DNA of 64,000 nucleotides. It comes from an uncultured Chloroflexia bacterium (GTDB lineage: Bacteria > Chloroflexota > Anaerolineae > B4-G1 > SLSP01). How positions within the stretch are numbered: the first letter of the stretch is position 1; every line of letters begins with the position of its first letter. The notes beneath the pieces were generated by a model. It made no database searches. It was not told the origin of the DNA and saw nothing but the letters and a program-made list of their open reading frames with translations. The translations under genes were made by a program, and so were the position numbers. Positions 51,079-61,024 of this stretch are shown here, piece after piece. The stretch covers positions 96,001-160,000 of the forward strand of contig CAVVUS010000030.1 of assembly GCA_963751345.1 (NCBI GenBank). Reading direction: 5' to 3'.

Positions 51079-52332
51079 CTACTCTTTCTCATACGGCACC
51101 CCGTCTGCGGCAGGCGCGCGGGACTGCCCAACGACCCCGGCCAGCACGATCATCGTGACCAGATAGGGCGCCATCAACAGGAACTGCGAGGGAATCGGCA
51201 CCGCCAGAATCGCCAGCTTCGTCTGCAGAGAGTCGGCAAACCCGAAAATCAGAGAGGATCCCAAGGCGCCGACCGGATTCCACTTGCCGAAGATCATCGC
51301 AGCGAGGCCTATGTAGCCCTTGCCCGCAGTCATCAGCTCATCGAAGCGCGCCACAGAGCTCAGAACCAGGTAGGCCCCTCCCAACCCCGCGATCGCCCCG
51401 CCGATCAGGACGTTCGCGTAGCGTGTCCTGAAGACATTGATCCCTAACGTATCGGCGGCCCGCGGGTGTTCACCCACAGCCCGCGTGCGCAGCCCCCAGC
51501 GCGTATAGAACAGCATCCACTGGATGACGACCACAAGAATCAGGGCCAGATATACCACGAAGGTGTTGCTGAAGAGCGCCGGCCCAAGGATCGGGATACG
51601 CGACAACCCCGGAATCAGAAGAGGGGCAAAGGTAGGAGGGCTGTTCAGCGCCGCATTCTTCTGCAAGTAGCGGGAACTGAAGTAACTCGTCAATCCGGTC
51701 GCCAGGATATTGATCGCCGTACCGGCGATGATCTGATTCACCTTGTACTTGATCGCTAGCACTGCGAGCAGACCGCCCATGAGCGCGCCACCGATCATCG
51801 CCCCTGCCAGCCCGATCCAGACACTTTCGGCCAAGCTGCCGATAAGCGCTGAAAAGAACGCCCCCACCAACATCATGCCCTCAATTCCGATATTCACGAC
51901 CCCACAACGCTCGCACATTACACCGCTCAGCGCGGCCAAAATGATGGGAATGGCACGCAACAACGAGGAGTTGATCATACCCGAGAGGTTCATAGACTTG
52001 CCACGGGCGGCCCACGCCAAGAAAGCCAGGACAAACAGGCCCACGACCACACCCAGCATCCCATTCGCGTGGGCAAATCCTCTTGCCAATTGCCAGATAC
52101 CGGCGAGAAGTGCCAGTGCAGCCAGCAAATAGAGCCCGATCTGCGTAGAAAAGACCAGGTCCCCGACGGGCATAGCCTCGCCGCGCAACTCCGTGAAGGT
52201 AAAGGTCGTCCTTTCGTTGGCCTGGGTTCCGGGCAAGAAAAGTAGCACGATGGCCAGTGCAAAGCCACAGAAGACGATACCCAGCGTCCGCGCCCTTCGC
52301 CGGGCCTTGTCAGATGCCGTCATGAAAGCCAT
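51079..52332 (-). CDS. Nucleoside/sugar (CUT2, Nup/Rns-type) ABC permease
   Basis: ERCGVVNIGIEG, GLRTRAVGEHPRAADTLGI, GKGYIGLAAMIFGKW, PYLVT. Confidence 0.92.
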   Translation of the reverse strand: MAFMTASDKARRRARTLGIVFCGFALAIVLLFLPGTQANERTTFTFTELRGEAMPVGDLVFSTQIGLYLLAALALLAGIWQLARGFAHANGMLGVVVGLFVLAFLAWAARGKSMNLSGMINSSLLRAIPIILAALSGVMCERCGVVNIGIEGMMLVGAFFSALIGSLAESVWIGLAGAMIGGALMGGLLAVLAIKYKVNQIIAGTAINILATGLTSYFSSRYLQKNAALNSPPTFAPLLIPGLSRIPILGPALFSNTFVVYLALILVVVIQWMLFYTRWGLRTRAVGEHPRAADTLGINVFRTRYANVLIGGAIAGLGGAYLVLSSVARFDELMTAGKGYIGLAAMIFGKWNPVGALGSSLIFGFADSLQTKLAILAVPIPSQFLLMAPYLVTMIVLAGVVGQSRAPAADGVPYEKE

Positions 52333-52389
52333 CCTTCCCTCCTGTAGAGACGTGGCGATGCCCCGTCTGAGGCGCAAACGCAGTCTGTT

Positions 52390-53686
52390 TCAGATCTCAC
52401 CCCAGCCGCGGGTCGAAACGAGCTCCTCTCCCTCCAGCGGTTGGCGCAGTCGATAGAGGGCCCGCACAATCTCCGGCGCTGCAATGAAGACGATGATCAA
52501 CCCCTGCACAATCGAGGTGAGGTCGAGCGGTACTTGAGCAATGCCCTGCATATTCTGCGCGCCCGCCCGCAGCGCGCCGAAGAGAAGCGAAGCCAGTACC
52601 ACTCCCAGGGGATGGCTTTTGCCCAGCAGCGCCAGCGCGATCGCATCGAAGCCATAGCCTGAGGAGAAAGCGTTGGGCATGAAGTGCAGCACGCCCAGGA
52701 TGTCCGTTGCCCCCGAAAGCCCGGCCAACGCCCCGCTTAGCGCCATCGTGATCACGATGGTTCGCGCGACATTCATGCCGGCATAGCGCGACGCCCGCGG
52801 GTTCTGCCCCACCGTCCGGATTTCGTACCCGACCGTCGTCTTGTACAGCAGCCACCAGACCACGAACGCGAAGATCAGGGCCAGCGGGAAGCCGAGATTG
52901 ACCCGGAGTTCGACGCGGTTCGGGAAGAACTGCGGGAGGTAGGCACCCGGCAAGATCTCGGGGCTGACCGGGCGGCCATCGCCGCGAGCCATCGGTCCCC
53001 CCACATCCAGCAGATAATCCGCCAGGCGGAAAGCAATGTAGTTCATCATAATGGTGTTGATGACCTCGTGTGCTCCCGTCTTGGCCTTGAGATACCCCGG
53101 AATCGCCCCCCAGATGCCGCCGCCGACCATTCCGGCAAGCAACGCCAAGCGGAACGTGGATAATGCCCGGCAAGCCCTTGAAACTGTAACCCACAAAGAC
53201 AGTCGCCAGCCCCGCCACGAAATACTGGCCCTCGGCGCCAATGTTGAACAGACCGCCCTGGAAACCCAGGGCGACGCCAAGGCCCGCGAAGATGTAGGGC
53301 GTCGCGATGCGGAGGGTCTCGGTCAAGGGATAGATCGCACGCAGAATCTGGCTTCTTTGGCCGCTGGCCAGCGCCGTGACCAGGGTCACAGGATTGCCGA
53401 AGGCACCCGTAAAGAACGCACCGTAAGCACGGCCGATGACGATCAGTGCCTGCAGGAGGCCGCGTCCAACCCCGGTCCTGAAAGCCGCGTAGACCGAATC
53501 GTCGGTGAACGCGATCAACAAGGCGCCAATGATCAGCGCCGTAACGATCGCCAGAAACGGGACCAGCAGGGACCTCCACCATTGCCGTGAGCTGGGCCGC
53601 AGGTCCTGTTGCGATGGCTCTGTGGCTTCCGGCTTAGCCTCGCGGCGGCGCTTCCCGTTCTCCCCTTCCGCGGTCTTTTCGTCCAT
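52390..53686 (-). CDS. Nucleoside/sugar ABC permease (frameshift near 53155)
   Basis: GLFNIGAEGQ, HEVINTIMMNY, GQNPRASRYAG, GFDAIALALLG. Confidence 0.9.
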
Positions 53687-53743
53687 GGACACTCCTTTGC
53701 CGAAGAGGCGATCGCCATAACAGAGACTGGGCGACGCCCTGTC

Positions 53744-55261
53744 CTACGCCTTCGCCGCAATACCCGCCATCAGCAGCCCCAACTGCTCCTTCGTCGCGAC
53801 CTTGGCGTCCACCGTCCCCATGACCTTGCCCTCGTACATGACCATAATCCGATCCGCCAAGGCCATCACCTCATCGAGCTCTGCGGAGACCACAAAGACG
53901 GCCGCGCCTTCATCTCGCTTCTTGACCAACTGCGCGTGGATATACTCTATCGATCCGACATCCAGCCCTCGCGTCGGCTGCGCTGCAATCGTCAACCTCA
54001 CCGAGCGGCTTAGCTCTCGGGCAACGATGACCTTCTGCTGGTTGCCCCCGGACAAATCGCCCACGGGGGTAGCAGGACTCGGCGTGCGCACGTCATACTC
54101 TGCGATCAGGCGCTCAGCCCGTTCCATGATCACCGACTCTTGCATCACCAGACCCTTGGCCACCGGCGGACGGTAGTATGTATTGAGGATCATGTTGTCG
54201 GCGACCGAGTAACTCAGAACGACCCCGTCTCGCTGCCGATCCTCCGGAATGTGTGCGGTCCCCTGCTCGGTAATCGCCCGCGGGGAGGCATTCGCCAACT
54301 GCTTGCCGGCAATCTCGATGTGCCCGCTCTCCACCCCTCGCAGCCCCGTCAGCGCCTCGACCAGCTCTGTCTGCCCGTTCCCCTGGACCCCGGCGACCCC
54401 CACGATCTCCCCGCCCCTTACCTGGAACGTGATCCCGGCGACCGCGCCCTTTCCTTGGTCACCCCTCACGTAGAGATCCTCGACGTTCAGCATGACATCG
54501 CCCGTCTTGGCGGGTCCCTTCGGTACCTGCAGAATCACCTCGCGCCCTACCATCATCGAGGCCAGACTTCGCTCGTTGCTCTCCTGTGGCGTCGTCGACC
54601 CCACGGACCGGCCTCGCTGCAACACCACGATCCGGTCGGAGATCTCCAGGACTTCCTTGAGCTTATGCGAGATGAAGATGATCGACTTCCCCTGGGCCAC
54701 CAAAGACCTGATCACCTCAAACAGACCTTCGACCTCCTGCGGCGTCAGGACTGCCGTAGGTTCATCCAGGATCAGGATGTCGGCGTTCCGATAGAGCAGC
54801 TTGATGATCTCCACACGCTGCTGAATGCCTACGGGTAGATCCTCCACCTTCGTCGCGGGCTCGACCTGGAGGCCATGTTGGTCGGAAATCTCTCGAATCC
54901 GGTCCGCGGCTGTGGCCCGATCCAACACAACCCCATACTTGATGGACTCCATGCCGAGCATCACGTTTTCGGTCACGCTCAGCACGGGGACCAACATGAA
55001 GTGCTGGTGCACCATCCCGACGCCCAGGGCAATGGCATCGCTCGGACTGTGGATTTCGGCCTTCTTGCCTCGTACGAAGATCTCGCCCTCATCCGGGGTA
55101 TACAGGCCATAGAGGATGTTCATCAGCGTGCTCTTGCCTGCACCGTTCTCACCTAGCAGGCCAAGAACCTGACCTTCCTCAAGTCGCAGGTCAATGGCAT
55201 CGTTTGCCAGCACCCCGGGGAAGCGTTTGGTAATCCCTTTGAGTTCCAGCACAGGAGGCAT
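53744..55261 (-). CDS. ABC transporter ATP-binding protein (double ATPase, CUT2)
   Basis: GENGAGKSTL, ILDEPTAVL, LSGGNQQK, QPTRGLDVG. Confidence 0.95.
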   Translation of the reverse strand: MPPVLELKGITKRFPGVLANDAIDLRLEEGQVLGLLGENGAGKSTLMNILYGLYTPDEGEIFVRGKKAEIHSPSDAIALGVGMVHQHFMLVPVLSVTENVMLGMESIKYGVVLDRATAADRIREISDQHGLQVEPATKVEDLPVGIQQRVEIIKLLYRNADILILDEPTAVLTPQEVEGLFEVIRSLVAQGKSIIFISHKLKEVLEISDRIVVLQRGRSVGSTTPQESNERSLASMMVGREVILQVPKGPAKTGDVMLNVEDLYVRGDQGKGAVAGITFQVRGGEIVGVAGVQGNGQTELVEALTGLRGVESGHIEIAGKQLANASPRAITEQGTAHIPEDRQRDGVVLSYSVADNMILNTYYRPPVAKGLVMQESVIMERAERLIAEYDVRTPSPATPVGDLSGGNQQKVIVARELSRSVRLTIAAQPTRGLDVGSIEYIHAQLVKKRDEGAAVFVVSAELDEVMALADRIMVMYEGKVMGTVDAKVATKEQLGLLMAGIAAKA

Positions 55262-55371
55262 GCTTGCTCCTTGCGTATCCACCCACTGCGGTGGGTGCGG
55301 AATATAGAGCAAGGAGTAGGGAATAAGGACCTAGCCTTACTCCCTACTCCTACTTGCTGACTCCGTGTTCC

Positions 55372-56424
55372 CTACAGGCCGGCCAGATACGCAGCCCAGC
55401 CCGTGTCGATCGTACCGTCGATCAGCCCCTGGCGGATGTCCTGGAGCTCGCTCAGCACCTCGGCGGAGACCGTCCCCGCGGCGACGTCGGCCAGGCCTAC
55501 GCCGTCATTTTCCAGCGTGCCGACGTAGGTCTCCCCACCAAAACTGGTGAAACCACTCGCCATCGCGATCTTGATCGTGTCGAAGACCGCCACATCCATG
55601 TTCTTCTTGACACTCGTCAACACGACGTCCGCATACTCAGGCGCGCTGACCGTCCAGTCGGTGTCGACCCCGACCACCCACGCATTTCCCGCCGCCTTCA
55701 CTGCCTCAGCTGTGCCCAGGCCCACCGGACCGGCAACCGGCATGATGATATCGGCACCCTCAGAGAGCAACTCCTCCCCCGTGCGCCGGCCATCGTCCGT
55801 GGACTCGAAGTTACCCACAAAGACACCGTTGTTGTCAGCCGTACTCCAGCCCAGGACCTCGACGCTCGTACCGTGCTGCTGATTGTAGTAGTTGACGCCG
55901 CTCTCAAAGCCCACCATAAAGATGGACACAGTGGTAATGTTGATCCCACCGAAGGTGGCCACCTTGCCGGTCTTGGTCGCAGCAGCGGCAGCATAACCGC
56001 CCATGAAGGCAGCCTGATCGGTCGAGAAGGTCAGACCGCGGACGTTGTCGATAGGCGGATCATACGCGTAGTCCACGATCGCGAAATTGCGGTCGGGATT
56101 CTCCTTCGCGAAAGCAGCCGTATCATCGCCCAACAGGAACCCCACCGTGACGATCAGGTCGGTCCCCTGGTTGAGATACTGCGTGATGTTGGGGGCATAG
56201 TCCGTCTGCTGCTTGGACTCAAGATATGATCCCTCAACTCCCAACTCCTGCTCCGCTCGCACGACGCCCTGCCAGGACGTCGCATTGAACGACTTGTCAT
56301 CAATACCGCCGAGGTCGGTCACCATCCCAACGGTGAATTTGCCGCTCGCCCCACCACCGCACGCCGCCAGGACGAGACTGACCAGCAGGACGGGGACCAA
56401 CATGAATGAAAGACGCTTTTGCAT
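55372..56424 (-). CDS. BMP-family ABC substrate-binding lipoprotein (nucleoside-binding)
   Basis: Lipobox LAACG; TDLGGIDDKSFN; GADIIMPVAG; VGVDTD. Confidence 0.93.
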   Translation of the reverse strand: MQKRLSFMLVPVLLVSLVLAACGGGASGKFTVGMVTDLGGIDDKSFNATSWQGVVRAEQELGVEGSYLESKQQTDYAPNITQYLNQGTDLIVTVGFLLGDDTAAFAKENPDRNFAIVDYAYDPPIDNVRGLTFSTDQAAFMGGYAAAAATKTGKVATFGGINITTVSIFMVGFESGVNYYNQQHGTSVEVLGWSTADNNGVFVGNFESTDDGRRTGEELLSEGADIIMPVAGPVGLGTAEAVKAAGNAWVVGVDTDWTVSAPEYADVVLTSVKKNMDVAVFDTIKIAMASGFTSFGGETYVGTLENDGVGLADVAAGTVSAEVLSELQDIRQGLIDGTIDTGWAAYLAGL

Positions 56425-56540
56425 TGGATTCAACCTCCCGAGTCTGAATAGAAGCTTGATTGGGTCCGCACTTTTGCTCCGGTGCCTGGGCTGGTCCCCA
56501 AGCTAGGGGATATCGGTCAATTCACCTCCTTTCGAAAAGG

Positions 56541-56607
56541 CGTTGGAACGTCTCCACGTCCTAACCGCTTGCCCTACCGAGCGGTGGGCTTGCGCAGTTC
56601 GGTAGGG
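56541..56607. repeat. Second copy of the octamer + CCCTACCG/CGGTAGGG REP-like element
   Basis: 33 of 39 nt identical to 50998-51036; the loop carries a 15-nt insertion. Confidence 0.8.
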
Positions 56608-56624
56608 CTTGCCTTGAGGATGCC

Positions 56625-59099
56625 TCAGGACTCTACGTTCAAACGTTCCAGCTTGTCGACGTTCCCACGCTCCCCTGTCTTGAATTCCAGCCCCTCTTCC
56701 CCCAAATCCACCAGCACTTCCGTCTCCCCCACAAACTGTCCCCGCAGCAGATCAATGCTCAACGGACTCTCTACGTAGCGCTGGATCACGCGCCGCAACG
56801 GCCGTGCGCCGAACTGCGGATCGAATCCTTGCTCCGCCAGCCACCGCTTCGCCTCCTCCGTCAACGTCACGTCCAGCCCGTGTTCCAGCAGCCGCTCGCG
56901 AATCTCCTTCATCTGCAGATCGACGATCTGCTCGACATCCGCTCGCGTCAGATTGTTGAAGATAATGATCTCGTCGACCCGGTTGATAAACTCAGGACGG
57001 AAGGTCTCCCGCAGCGCGGCCAACGTCCTCCGCCCGGCCTCCTCTTCCGCGTCGTCCCTGCCCCTTGCAAAGCCCAGCGCCCCGCCGCGCCGCATGTAGT
57101 CCGTGCCCACGTTCGACGTCATGATCACGACCGTATTGCGGAAATCCACCGTCCGTCCCTGGCCATCGGTCAACCGTCCCTCATCCAGGATCTGCAACAG
57201 CGCGTTCCACACATCCGCATGCGCCTTCTCTATCTCGTCAAACAACACCACCTGGTAAGGCCTGCGCCGCACCGACTCAGTGAGCTGTCCGCCCTGATCA
57301 TATCCCACGTATCCCGGAGGCGCCCCAAAGAGCCGCGACACTGTATGCGCCTCGCGATACTCGCTCATATCCACCCGCAGCAGCGCATCCTCATCGTCGA
57401 ATAGAAACGCCGCCAGCGCCTTCGCCGTCTCCGTCTTGCCCACACCCGAGGCGCCCAGGAACACGAAGCTGCCAATCGGACGTCGCGGATCCTTCAGTCC
57501 CGCGCGTGCCCGCCGGATCGCATCCGCGATCACCCCGATCGCCTCGGCCTGACCCACGATCCGCTCCTCCAGCGCCTCCTCCATCCGCAGCAGCTTGTCC
57601 GCCTCCCGCTCCATCACCTGCGTCAGCGGGATTCCCGTCCACGCCGCCACTACCTCCGCGATGTCCTCCGCCTCCACCGTCTCGTCGATCTGGTGGCTGC
57701 TCAGCCACGCATCGCGCTCCTCGGCGAACACTTGCTCCGCCCGCAGCCGCTCCGTCTTTGCCTCCGCCGCCCGCTCGTACTCCCGCGTGTTCCCCGCCGC
57801 CTCCTCCTCCACCCGCAGCCGCGTGATCTCCGCCTCCATCCGCTTCAGCTCGGGCGGCAGCGTGAACAGCGCTACCCGCAGCTTCGCCGACGCCTCATCC
57901 ATCAGATCGATGGCTTTGTCCGGCAGATGCCGGTCCGTCACATACCGGTGCGAGAGCCGCGCCGCCGCCACCAGCGCATCATCGCTGATCACGACCTTGT
58001 GGTGCGCCTCATAGCGATCGCGCAACCCCCGCAGCATCTCGATCGTGTCCTCCACAGACGGCTCCTCGACGAAGACCGGCGCAAACCGCCGCTCCAGCGC
58101 CCCGTCTTTCTCGATATACTGCCGGTACTCGTCCAACGTCGTCGCGCCGATGCACTGCAGCGTCCCGCGGGCCAGCGCCGGCTTGATCATATTCGACGCA
58201 TCCAGCGCCCCCTGCGCATTCCCCGCCCCGACCACCGTGTGCAGTTCATCGATAAACAGGATGTTCTCGCCCTCCGACCGCTGCAGTTCCTCCAGGATCG
58301 ACTTCAGCCGCTCCTCGAACTCCCCCCGGAATCGCGTGCCTGCTACCAACGCGCCAAGGTCCAGCAACAGCAACCGCCGATGTTTCAGAATCTCCGGCAC
58401 GTCGTCCGCTGCAATGTCCTGGGCCAGTCCCTCCACGATCGCGGTCTTGCCCACCCCCGGCTCACCGATCAGCACCGGGTTGTTCTTCGTACGTCGCACC
58501 AGGATCTGGATCACCCGCTTGATCTCCTGGGATCGCCCGATCACCGGGTCCAACTTGTGTTCCCGGGCCAACTGCGTCAGATCTCGGCTAAACCGCTCTA
58601 GCGTGTGAAACTTGCTCTCAGCCTGAGCAGTGGTCAGATGCTGGCCCCCGCGCATCTGCAGAATTGCCTCCTTCACCCGCTCGTGCGTGATGTTGCTCTC
58701 CGTCAACAGCCGCCCCACGGGCGTGTTGCGCTCCTGCGTGATCGACAGCAGCAGATGCTCCGTTGAGATATATTCATCCTGGAGCGCCGTTGCTTCCTCC
58801 TGGCTGGAGTCCAGCACACGCTTCACCCGCGGTGTGATGAACACCTGCTGGTTGCCCCGTGCACCGTAAATGCCCGGGCGCGGATTGTCGCGCAGCAACG
58901 CATCCAGCGCATCCGTCATCGCCACAGGATCCGCACCCAACTCTGCCAACAGCGCCGGCACCGTGCCATCTTTCTGCTGCACCAACGCCAGCAGGAGGTG
59001 CTCGACGTCCACCTGACTATGGCCGTAGCGGGTCATCAGCTCCACGGCTCTCTGAGCCGCTTCCTGCGCCCGCTCTGTAAAGCGATCAAAACGCATCAT
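56625..59099 (-). CDS. clpC: Clp protease ATP-binding subunit, ClpC type
   Basis: Clp-N repeats, GEPGVGKT, short coiled-coil middle domain, [21 protein letters not shown] ClpP-docking loop, FGARPL. Confidence 0.88.
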   Translation of the reverse strand: MMRFDRFTERAQEAAQRAVELMTRYGHSQVDVEHLLLALVQQKDGTVPALLAELGADPVAMTDALDALLRDNPRPGIYGARGNQQVFITPRVKRVLDSSQEEATALQDEYISTEHLLLSITQERNTPVGRLLTESNITHERVKEAILQMRGGQHLTTAQAESKFHTLERFSRDLTQLAREHKLDPVIGRSQEIKRVIQILVRRTKNNPVLIGEPGVGKTAIVEGLAQDIAADDVPEILKHRRLLLLDLGALVAGTRFRGEFEERLKSILEELQRSEGENILFIDELHTVVGAGNAQGALDASNMIKPALARGTLQCIGATTLDEYRQYIEKDGALERRFAPVFVEEPSVEDTIEMLRGLRDRYEAHHKVVISDDALVAAARLSHRYVTDRHLPDKAIDLMDEASAKLRVALFTLPPELKRMEAEITRLRVEEEAAGNTREYERAAEAKTERLRAEQVFAEERDAWLSSHQIDETVEAEDIAEVVAAWTGIPLTQVMEREADKLLRMEEALEERIVGQAEAIGVIADAIRRARAGLKDPRRPIGSFVFLGASGVGKTETAKALAAFLFDDEDALLRVDMSEYREAHTVSRLFGAPPGYVGYDQGGQLTESVRRRPYQVVLFDEIEKAHADVWNALLQILDEGRLTDGQGRTVDFRNTVVIMTSNVGTDYMRRGGALGFARGRDDAEEEAGRRTLAALRETFRPEFINRVDEIIIFNNLTRADVEQIVDLQMKEIRERLLEHGLDVTLTEEAKRWLAEQGFDPQFGARPLRRVIQRYVESPLSIDLLRGQFVGETEVLVDLGEEGLEFKTGERGNVDKLERLNVES

Positions 59100-59126
59100 A
59101 GGTAAAACACCAGCTTTCAGGAAAAA

Positions 59127-59192
59127 ACGTTACCGCGTCGACACATTGGAACGTCTTCACCGTTTTAGCGTTCCAATGTACTTCTGAACGCT
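59127..59192. repeat. 8-bp-period ACGT array overlapping the rnc 3' end
   Basis: Cores at 59127, 59135, 59143, 59151, then 59160, 59168 and 59176. Confidence 0.65.
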
Positions 59193-59891
59193 ACCAGCGC
59201 CGCGCGAGCCGCCGCCTGCTCTGCCATCCGCTTGCTTGCCCCGACGCCCTGCCCGGCGATTGACTGTCCCACCAGGACCTGAGCCGTAAACGTCTTCGCG
59301 TGATCCGGCCCTTCCTCGGCCACAATCTGATACGCCGGCGTCTCGCCAAGCTCAGCCTGGGTCCATTCCTGGAACCGTGACTTCGCATCCACGTAAGACT
59401 CGGCCTCCAGGATCGTATCGGCCTTGCGCGCAAACCACGCCTCCAGCCGCGACCAGACGATCTCCAGTCCCCCATCCAGATACAGCGCCCCGACCGTCGC
59501 CTCCAGCGCATCACACAGATTCGCCGGTCGTCCATCTCCGCCGCTGTCCTCCTCGCCCCGCCCCAGCCGCAGCGCATCCCCAAGCTCCAACTCACCCGCT
59601 AGATCAGCCAGCGACGTCGTGCGCACCAAAGTAGCCCGCAACCGTGTCAGCGGGCCTTCGGGAAAGTCGGGGTACTTGCGATAGAGCCACGCCGCTACCA
59701 GGAAATCCAACACAGCATCGCCCAAGAAACTCGAGGCGTTGATTGTGATGTTCCTCCCCCCCTTCTTCCGGGTGCTCGTGAGCATAGGAGGGGTGGGTGA
59801 GGGCAAGCTCAAGTAACGCTGGGTCCCGGAATTGGTGGTTCAGGTTGGCTTGGACCTTGGTCAAGGCGGCCGTGTCCTCACGCTTACCCAT
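59165..59891 (-). CDS. rnc: Ribonuclease III (frameshift near 59727)
   Basis: ALTHPSY, NQRLEFLG|DAVL, DALEATVGALYLDGG, dsRBD DAKSRFQEW..GPDHAKTF..SKRMAEQ. Confidence 0.95.
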
Positions 59892-60047
59892 GAAGTCTCC
59901 TCAACAACCATATACGGAGTAGGATGTGATTTCCTCTCCCTGTCTCGATTATAGCACACTCACGCTTGCGAGGGTAGGAAGGAGAGCGCTACAGCGTTTG
60001 CAGATTGATACGTTCACACGGTAGGTTGTCTCAACGTGCGAACGCCG

Positions 60048-60872
60048 CTACAACCCGTAGTACTTCATGATGAGCCACTCAAATAGAATCCCGGGCAACA
60101 CTCGGCTTGCCCACACAGCGACCTTTTCGTAAAACGGTCCGACAACGTAGCGGGGCTTTGGAGTCCGCTGCCTCATAATCCGAACCAGTGTGCGGGCGAC
60201 CAAATCGGGGTTCGGCCCACCTTGCTCATCGGCCTCGATCCTGGCCAGCGCCTTCTCGTATTGTTCGCGGTACGGCGTATACTCCCGCGTCGCCAACGTC
60301 GGTCGCCGGTTAGCGGTAAAAGACGTCCGGATGTCGCCTGGCTCTATGAGGACCACATGAATACCAAAGGACTTGACCTCCATACGTAAGGACGCCGTCA
60401 GCCCCTCCAACGCGAACTTGCTCGCACTGTAGATCCCCTGAAACGGCAGTCCCATCAGCCCTCCAATGGAACTTATGTTCACAATCAGGCCCTGCCCACG
60501 CTCGCGCATATGTGGGAGCACCGCGTGGCAGACCCGCGATACGCCGAAGAAGTTCGTCTCGAAGAGCTGCTTTGCCTCTGCCACAGAGCTGTCCTCGACT
60601 GCGCCCCCGTACCCGAAACCCGCATTGTTCACGACCACGTCCAATCGCCCTTCCTCTGCCAGGATGCCCTCGATCCCCTCCGTCACAGAGCGGGCATCGT
60701 CAACGTTCATCCCAATCAGGCTGAAGTTGGGATCCGTCACATCCGCAGTCGAGGGCGTGCGGCTGGTACCATAGACGCGATGGCCTAGAGTGGAGAGGCG
60801 CCGCGCACAGGCATTGCCAATGCCTGTACGTGCACCGGTGACCAAGATGACTTTGAAGTCTGTGTTGTCCAT
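60048..60872 (-). CDS. Short-chain dehydrogenase/reductase
   Basis: TGARTGIG, NNAG, ISSIGG, YSASK. Confidence 0.92.
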   Translation of the reverse strand: MDNTDFKVILVTGARTGIGNACARRLSTLGHRVYGTSRTPSTADVTDPNFSLIGMNVDDARSVTEGIEGILAEEGRLDVVVNNAGFGYGGAVEDSSVAEAKQLFETNFFGVSRVCHAVLPHMRERGQGLIVNISSIGGLMGLPFQGIYSASKFALEGLTASLRMEVKSFGIHVVLIEPGDIRTSFTANRRPTLATREYTPYREQYEKALARIEADEQGGPNPDLVARTLVRIMRQRTPKPRYVVGPFYEKVAVWASRVLPGILFEWLIMKYYGL

Positions 60873-61024
60873 GCCGTCCTTCCTCACGGGTCTGGTGAAT
60901 TCAGGCCGCATCATATCCCAAGCGGTGGCAAGTGCAACCCTCCACAATCAACTCACGCCTCATTCGACGCAGACTCAATTCCGTGTACAATGGGTAGCGT
61001 ATGTTCCACCGTCGTCGAGGAAAA

